Below are positions 36,771 to 43,783 of a DNA stretch of 43,783 bases, in pieces. The stretch is from Chiloscyllium plagiosum (Eukaryota), in contig NC_057718.1 of NCBI RefSeq assembly GCF_004010195.1, forward strand, positions 49,912,791 through 49,956,573, written 5' to 3'. Numbering within the stretch: position 1 is the first letter of the stretch; the number at the start of each line of letters is the position of its first letter. The notes under the pieces are model-generated. The model was given only the letters and a program-made list of their open reading frames with translations, ran no database searches and was not told the DNA's origin. A program made the position numbers and the translations under genes.

Positions 36771-38009
36771 CTAAACTGTAGTTCTCGCAATTTTGGCTCG
36801 AAACTCCAGATGTTATTAAGAAAGACTTTACAGATTTGTCAGGGCTGTTTTTCCCATTGGCATTTCCAGCGATTGTTGTCTGTCTGGTTTTATTCCTTTA
36901 GACTTTTCAGCAGTTTGATAAAACTGAGTGATTTGCTTGGCCATTCGAGGAGGCATTTCAGAGTCAACCATATTCCTTTGGCAAAAACAGAAAATGCTGG
37001 AATAGCTCAGCAGGTCTACCAGATCTGTGAAGAGAAATTAGAGTTAATGTTTTGGATCCGGTGATCCTTCCTTAGAACTGATGGTAGTTTGGAAAATGTC
37101 TGTTTATATCCAGAAGGTAAGGTGAGGGGAGGGGGCTAAAGAGTAAATGATAGGTAGGAATAGAGCCTAAAGGAGTGGATAACAATCTGGCTGGGAGAGT
37201 GAATAGCTGTTAATGGAGACTATTAATGGCTAACAATAGGTAGTGTGTAATGGCAGACTATGTGATAAGGCCTGGTGCGTGTATTTGGGGACTAGGACAT
37301 GGGAGAATTCTGTCCCTAAAATTATTGAACTCGATATTGAGTCCAGAGGGCTGCAGGGCCCCCAAGTGGAAAATTAGATGTTGTTCTTTCAGCTTGTGCT
37401 GAGCTTTACTGGAGCACTGCAACAAGCCTGAGATAGAGACGTTGGCCAGGGAAGAGGGCAATGTGTTAAAGTGTCAGGCAACCGGAAGCTCAAGGGTTTA
37501 TTTGCAGGCACAACATAGATATTCTGCAAAGCAGTGACCCAGTCTACACTTTGTTTCCCCAATGTAGAGGAGACCATATTGTGAGTGGTGAATGCAGGAG
37601 GCGAGATTGTGAGAAGTGCTGCTTCACCTGGAAGGTATGTTTGGGCTCCTGGATATTGAGGAGGGAGGAGGAAAATGGGCAGGTGTTACCATTTTGGTGG
37701 TTGAAGTGGAAAGTGCCATGGGGCTGGGAGGCGTGTTCGGAGTGAAGGAGGAGTGGACCAAGATATTCCGGAGAGAACAGTCCCTATGGAAGGTGGACAA
37801 GGAAGGAGAGGGAAATATGTGTCGAGTGGTTGTATCTCAAGGGAGGTGCCAGAAATGGTAGTTGATGATTTTCTAGATTTGGATGCTGATGGGATGATAG
37901 GTAAGGACAAGGGAAACACTTTTACTGTTTTGGAAGGAAGAGAGGGAGTGAGGGCAGTAGTGTGGGAAATGTGTCGGACCCAGTTGAGGACCCCGTCGAC
38001 AATGGTGTG

Positions 38010-39094
38010 AGTCAAGCCAGGGAACGAAAGACCGGTGAGTCTGACCTCGATAGCAGGCAAATTGTTGGAGGGAATCCTGAGGGACAAGATGTACATATAT
38101 TTGGAAAGGCAAGGACTGATTCGGGAGAGTCAACATGGCTTTGTGCATGCGAAATCATGTCTCACAAACTTGATTGAGTTTTTTGAAGAAGTAACAAAGA
38201 AGATTGATGAGGGCAGAGCAGTAGATGTGATCTATATGGACTTCAGTCAAAGTTCCCCATGGGAGACTGATTAGCAAGGTTAGATCTCATGGAATACAGG
38301 GAGAACTAGCCACTTGGATACAGAATTGGCTCAAAGGTAGAAGACAGAGGGTGGTGGTGGAGGATTGTTTTTCAGACTGGAGGCCTGTGACCAGTGGAGT
38401 GCCACAAGGATCNNNNNNNNNNNNNNNNNNNNNNNNNNNNNNNNNNNNNNNNNNNNNNNNNNNNNNNNNNNNNNNNNNNNNNNNNNNNNNNNNNNNNNNN
38501 NNNNNNNNNNNNNNNNNNNNNGTCAGAGTATTGAATACAGGAGTTGGGAGGTCATGTTGTGGCTGTACAGGATATTGGTTAGGCCACTGCTTGCAATTCT
38601 GGTCTTTTTCCTATCGGAAAGATGTTGTGAAACTTGAAAGGGTTAAGAAAAGATGTTGCCAGGGTTGGAGGATCTGAGCTACAGGGAGTGGCTGAACAGG
38701 CTGGGGCTGTTTTCCCTGGAGCGTCGGAGGCCGAGGGGTGTCCTTATAGAGGTTTACAGAATCATGAGGGGCATAGATAGGATAAATAGACAAAGTCTTT
38801 TCCCTGTGGTCGGGGAGTCCAGAACTAGAGGGCATAGGTTTAAGGTGAGAGGGGAAAGATTTAAAAGAGACCTAAGGGGAAACTTTTTCATGCAGAGGGT
38901 GGTACAGGTATGGAATGAGCTGCCAGAGGATGTGGTGGAGGGTAGTACAATTGCAACATTTAAGAGACATTTGGATGGGTATATGAATAGGATGGGTTTG
39001 GAGGGATATGGGCCGGGTGCTGGCAGATGGGACTAGATTGGGTTGGGATATTTGGTCAGCATGGATGGGTTGTTGTACATCTCTATGATTCTAT
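38010..39094 (+). mobile_element. CR1 (HER1-like) LINE 3' part containing an assembly gap
   Basis: SQHGFVHAKSCLTNLIEFFE, VTSGVPQG, LGLFSLERRR..WNELP; tail ctctatgattctat. Confidence 0.93.
38413..38521. other. Assembly gap (109 N)
   Basis: N run. Confidence 1.
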
Positions 39095-40057
39095 GTTGAG
39101 GAAGAAGGTGAAAATTTTGGCAGCTCCTTTGTCAAAGTTGGCCTCATCGGAATGCGTGTGATGGAGATGGAGGAACTGAAAGAATGGAATGGAGTCTATA
39201 CAAGAAACAGAGTGCAAGGATGTATAGTCCAGGTAGCTGTGAGAGTCATGGATATTTATAATGGATATTAGTGGCCAGTCTATCCCCAGAAAGAGAAATA
39301 GAGATGTCGAGGAAAGGAAGGGAGGAGTCAAAGAAAAACCAGGTGAAAGTGAGCACAGGGTGGAAACTGGAAACAAAATCCATGAACTTTTCCAATGCTG
39401 GATGAGAGGTAGAAGCAGCACCAAAGATATTATCAATATATCGGAGACTGAGCTGTGGATGAGGCCAGAATAGGACTGGAACAAGGTATGTTCTACATAC
39501 ACCTCAAAGAGACAGGCATAACTGGAGCTTATGTGAGTATCCATGGCCACCCCCTGACCTGAAGAAAATGAGAGGAGTTGAAAGAGAAGCTGTTGAGGGT
39601 GAGGATGAGCTCGGCCAAGCGGAGGAGAGTAGTGCTGGATGGGGACGGTTCAGGCCATTGTTCCAGGAAGACACGGAGAGCCCTGAGACCATCCTGGTGG
39701 GGGATGGACATATAAAGGGATTGCACATCCATGGCAAAGAAGAGGCAGCGAGACCCTGCAAACTGGAAATTCCTAAACTGACGTAAAGCATCAGAGGAAT
39801 CACATATATTCCTATGAATGTGGAGCCACATGTCAGGCAGATCAGATAAGGATGGAAGATTTTTTTTCCTGAAGTGGATTTGCGATCCACATTTTTCATG
39901 TGACGATCAATATTGGTGACAACGTTACCAGCTAGCTAGCTTTTAATCCCATATTATTTAAAATTCGATTTTCACCATCTGTCAAGGTAGAATTCAAACA
40001 CATTTTCTCTGAATAGTCCTGTGACATTATCACTACACTACTAGCTCTGCTGAAGTT

Positions 40058-40300
40058 TCATAAAACATTGGTCACGCACAACTGGAGTTATATATAGATT
40101 TGAAAACCTCATTCTAGGAATGAAGCTACAGCCAATGAAAGGTTCCAGTTCCATAATTTATTATAATTATGCCAGGAATGAAACATTCTATTTATAAAGA
40201 AAAGCTCGAAACGGGCTCTTTTCAGTGGAACAGAGAAGGTTAGGTGGCGATCCAGTACATATTTTACAAATAACGAAAGGTTTCGAGAGAATAGAGAGAC
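40058..40300 (+). mobile_element. Ancient CR1 fragment
   Basis: HKTLVTHTTG (decayed YKTLVRPQLEY), LFSVEQRRLGGD. Confidence 0.6.
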
Positions 40301-40314
40301 TTTATATTTTCAAC

Positions 40315-40432
40315 ACTCTTCATGACCAAACCACATTGTAAAGTGCTTCATAGCCAATAAGAGCACAATTAAAGTTTGTGTGTATATATATAATATATAT
40401 AGGGGAATGCAGCAGTTAATCTGTGCACATAA
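40315..40432 (-). mobile_element. DeuSINE-like (SacSINE1/AmnSINE1 type) 3' remnant
   Basis: aaagtgcttcatagccaataagagcac..aatgcagcagttaatctgtgcaca resembles the reverse complement of the DeuSINE 3' region. Confidence 0.55.
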
Positions 40433-40938
40433 AAAAATGAATGAAAACATCATTGTTACATAGCTGTATGGGGTCATTTAGATGGCCAAAGCATTGGTGC
40501 TGGATTCTATGGATAATTTTATGAAATAATTCATTATTTTCATCTTCATGCATTACCTCACAACTTTGTTAGATCTTCTTTTTCTTTCCAGTTATTTCTA
40601 CATAATTAAGTGATAATTACATCACTATACATATTACCAATCTTAACGCTGTTGCTCTACATTGACCCCATCTTCACCCTCACCCCACCCCAAGTCCTTA
40701 TCCCCTAAATGAATGTCTCTCCCAATGTTTCAGACTTCAAGTCTATGGTGCTTTGATCATTCTTCTCCACTGAGTTGTAGTCTCAAACTGAGATCTGGGA
40801 TGTTCTGTACTCTTCACTCTTTCAGCATGAATGATCCTCTCCTGGATGGTTATAGAGCTTTCTTTCTTCTCTTCTGAAAACAGTAGTTTCATATTTCTAG
40901 TTCATTATCCCTTGTTCTGTTTCAACCCTATATCATCT

Positions 40939-41248
40939 CAGTTAGATTAGATTCCCTATAATATGGAAACAGATCATTTGGCCCAACAAGTCCACACCAA
41001 CTCTCTGAAGAGTCACCCATTGACCCATTCCCCTAACCTATATTTACCCCTGACTAATGCACCTAACACTATGGGCAATTTAGCATGGCCAATTCACCTG
41101 GCCTGCACATCTTTGGACTGTGGGAAGAAACCCACGCAACACGGGCAGAATGTACAAACCCCACATAGACAGTCGCTTGAGGCTGGAATCGAACCCAGGT
41201 CCCTGCCACTGTGAGGCAGCAATGCTAACCACTGAGCCACCATGCCAC
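40939..41248 (-). mobile_element. HE1-type V-SINE
   Basis: A/B boxes, V domain, agttagattagatt tail. Confidence 0.93.
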
Positions 41249-41479
41249 ATAGAAATGTTGCTGTAATGTTTCTATGATCAGTTCATCTGTTAATCCCTTA
41301 TCCACACTCTCTTCCTGGCCCGTAGGTCTGGTAATTTTTGTGATTTGTACCCTTTATTAAAATTTCGAGCCTGTTTTTTTTTCTTCATGCAGTTTCACTC
41401 TGTTATAATCATTCTCAGTGATATTTGTCTTTAACTTCTGATAGGTAGGAGACCAAGAACACAACTCCCATCATTATCA

Positions 41480-41600
41480 ATTATTCTAAGAATCTTCGCC
41501 AATAATTTACCTTCCACTTATGTAAGGCTCACTGGCCTATAATTCTTCTTTCTTCTTCTTTCTTCTTAAACATTGCCATGATTGTATCAACCATCTCAGT
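41480..41600 (-). mobile_element. Small CR1 RT fragment
   Basis: Minus NYRPVSLT.VEGKLLAKIL. Confidence 0.6.
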
Positions 41601-41689
41601 TTCCCCTTTTGCTTGAGGACAGTGGGGTGAACTTAAATGATTTTACAAATCTCTTGGACTGCTCATTTACAAACTACATGTCATCATCT

Positions 41690-42394
41690 GAGACTACATT
41701 GTTTGTAAGTCCATGTTTTGAGAGATTCCACCACTGTCTCTGTTTGGGTTTGGGTGGACCTTCATCCATCTTGAGTAGTAATGTATAATGATGGTCAAAA
41801 TTTTGCCTTCAAACTCAAACAAATCTATTCCAAATGCTCCCATGACCTTCAAGGAAAAGGATGGCAGTAATAGCGATTCCTTCTTCTCTTGGCTGTTCCC
41901 TTCACAGGAAATGCAATTATTAATAATTGCCCACATTGAGAATGTAATTCCTGGCAACCAGACTTACTGTTGTGCATTTGTAATACCCAAATGACTCTGA
42001 ATAGTTCATTGAAGAGGTTGAAGTCAAAGAGTTCTTGGTATTATAACATCTCATTGAACACTAGCAGGCAATGATAATAGTGAGATGTCACTCTGTTCAA
42101 AGTACTGGCATAATGTAAGCTTAAGAGAAGCATTTTTTGGCCTGGTTTCATGACAATAGTCCTTTAATTAGATACATTCTTTGAGAATTACTTGTGCTTC
42201 TCAGATTTCTTGCAGATTGTTTTCAACAGGCTGGCAATGTGTTGTGATTTCTAGGCTTCAATCTCTTCAGTGATGTTTTAATCTGGTTTCTCTGCTGCAC
42301 TCAGTGGTATCTTCAATGATGTGTCTGCTGTCATTTGTTATTCAAGTTGTTGAACCTTAACTTATTAGCATCAATTAGAACTGTTGAGTGCTGG
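41690..42394 (-). mobile_element. Gypsy-type pol remnant (integrase and adjacent region)
   Basis: HLGITNA, CISC, GIDLFEFEGK..IIIHYYSRW match the integrase HHCC and core start. Confidence 0.75.
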
Positions 42395-42894
42395 NNNNNN
42401 NNNNNNNNNNNNNNNNNNNNNNNNNNNNNNNNNNNNNNNNNNNNNNNNNNNNNNNNNNNNNNNNNNNNNNNNNNNNNNNNNNNNNNNNNNNNNNNNNNNN
42501 NNNNNNNNNNNNNNNNNNNNNNNNNNNNNNNNNNNNNNNNNNNNNNNNNNNNNNNNNNNNNNNNNNNNNNNNNNNNNNNNNNNNNNNNNNNNNNNNNNNN
42601 NNNNNNNNNNNNNNNNNNNNNNNNNNNNNNNNNNNNNNNNNNNNNNNNNNNNNNNNNNNNNNNNNNNNNNNNNNNNNNNNNNNNNNNNNNNNNNNNNNNN
42701 NNNNNNNNNNNNNNNNNNNNNNNNNNNNNNNNNNNNNNNNNNNNNNNNNNNNNNNNNNNNNNNNNNNNNNNNNNNNNNNNNNNNNNNNNNNNNNNNNNNN
42801 NNNNNNNNNNNNNNNNNNNNNNNNNNNNNNNNNNNNNNNNNNNNNNNNNNNNNNNNNNNNNNNNNNNNNNNNNNNNNNNNNNNNNNNNNNNNNN
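42395..42894. other. Assembly gap (500 N)
   Basis: N run. Confidence 1.
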
Positions 42895-43159
42895 AAAAAC
42901 TCAATCAAGTTTGTGAGGTACGATTTCCCACACAAAGCCATTCTGAATATCCATAATCAGTCCTTGCCTCTCCAAATGCATGTAAGTACTGTCTCTCAGA
43001 ATCCCCTCCCACAAATTACCCACTACTGACATTGGGCTCATTGGTCTAGTTCCCTGGCTTTGCCTTGCAGCTTTTCTTAAATAGAGGAACAACGTTAGCA
43101 ACCCTCCAGTCTTTCAACACCTCATCCGTGGATGTAAATTATACAAATATCTCTGCTAG
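42895..43159 (-). mobile_element. CR1 RT fragment
   Basis: DWRVANVVPLFKK, SVVGNLWEGILRD, LTNLIEF. Confidence 0.88.
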
Positions 43160-43270
43160 TGTTACAACATGGAGATCAAACCCCTCCGTTAATTAAATCA
43201 AACACTAGAAAAGCTTGCCTTGTTTCAAAATCTGTTAAAATGTGAGTGACAGAGAACTCCTAAATTCCAC
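43160..43270. mobile_element. Probable LTR fragment
   Basis: Starts abruptly with TGTTACAAC within CR1; recognition only, no partner LTR in the window. Confidence 0.45.
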
Positions 43271-43272
43271 AA

Positions 43273-43783
43273 CAGAGGAACCTCAATTATCTGAATATCA
43301 AATATCCGAATTTTGGATTATCCGAAGATCTCAAGGACTGGATCGAAACATTACATCAAAGAGGTGATTCAACACTGATCGCGACTTTTGTTTACAATGA
43401 TTAAAAATGAACTCGGCTTATTGAAATGCTGCCGAGAACAGTCCTGGACATCGATAGGAGCCCAGGCACTGTCTCCAAATGACTGACCCGCTCTGTCTCT
43501 CTCCACACACTTTCCAATGGAGTTCTACGCAGGGGTAATTTCTCCAACATTGTTCTGTACGGGGCAAAGGTGGAACCTGTCAAAAAGTTGCAGCAAAAAG
43601 GTGTGTGTGTGTGTGTGTATATGCGCACGTGGATGTATGTATGTGCTATTTTGAGACTTACCCGCCCCAAAGTCAGCAGCAGTTTTACTGTTTGTGTCCA
43701 GTCCACTGCCCCGGAGAGTTGGAGGGGGACATTGGACAGGGTTGGGATGGGGGCGGATGGGCCTTGGGGGTGCAGAGTTTGAC
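43273..43783. mobile_element. Tigger/pogo-like DNA transposon or MITE, left end
   Basis: CAGAGGAACCTCAATTATCTGAA followed by repeated (T)ATCCGAA subterminal motifs; runs off the window. Confidence 0.6.

Larger units (their letters stand above)
36981..39805 (-). mobile_element. Penelope-like retroelement (family C pLTR), decayed, split by CR1 (pieces 36981-38009 and 39095-39805)
   Basis: MDVQSLYMSIPH, LAELILTLNSFSF, AMDTHISSSYACLF (RT); GLLYIGETKCRLG (GIY-YIG); pLTR 36981-37078; TSD-like atattcctttg (36970-36980) / atattcctatg (39806-39816). Confidence 0.9.
34405..40045 (-). mobile_element. CR1-Zenon-like LINE (body 34405-36980, tRNA-like head 39806-40045), internally deleted and multiply interrupted
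   Basis: Tail at 34410-34500; RT GVSQNNVLAPAIFSCFINDL; APE-region SVPWAAVEHHLDEVLRVGKAQNVLW; APE start NIWSFEPKL near 36790-36815; 5' region contiguous across the PLE. Confidence 0.75.

Noticed and set aside
21950..42394. gag and pol remnants as one Gypsy element
   Set aside because: On the minus strand gag should lie at higher coordinates than pol; the order is reversed and they are 20 kb apart.
42335..43029. Long ORFs spanning the 500-N gap (also 38351-38677)
   Set aside because: Artefacts of translating N runs.

Overview
AT-rich, repeat-dense vertebrate DNA, almost certainly from a shark. The evidence is four HE1-type V-SINEs whose tails match local CR1/HER1-like LINEs, plus CR1-Zenon-like LINEs, an L2 tail and a DeuSINE remnant. 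It is intergenic or intronic: I could not recognise any intact protein-coding gene, and most listed ORFs are fragments of decayed transposons. The main structure is a Penelope-like element (PLE) system. Two degenerate RT+GIY-YIG copies are accompanied by about 12 short (80-210 bp) insertions of their terminal repeat (pLTR). Many of these are head-to-head palindromes with 8-15 bp target-site duplications (TSDs). Three pLTR families carry the same minimal hammerhead ribozyme (HHR) design: CUGANGA + extra A + stem II + GAAA + palindromic 4-mer + UH, with covarying stems. One copy (19496-19530, minus) looks intact. Also present: a Zenon-like LINE with a tRNA-like Pol III head and its head+tail derivative, two multi-level nested insertions, a foldback/MITE-like element, Harbinger, Gypsy and Tigger remnants, and weak candidate exons. 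Family names come from motif recognition, not database searches, and boundaries of old repeats are approximate.
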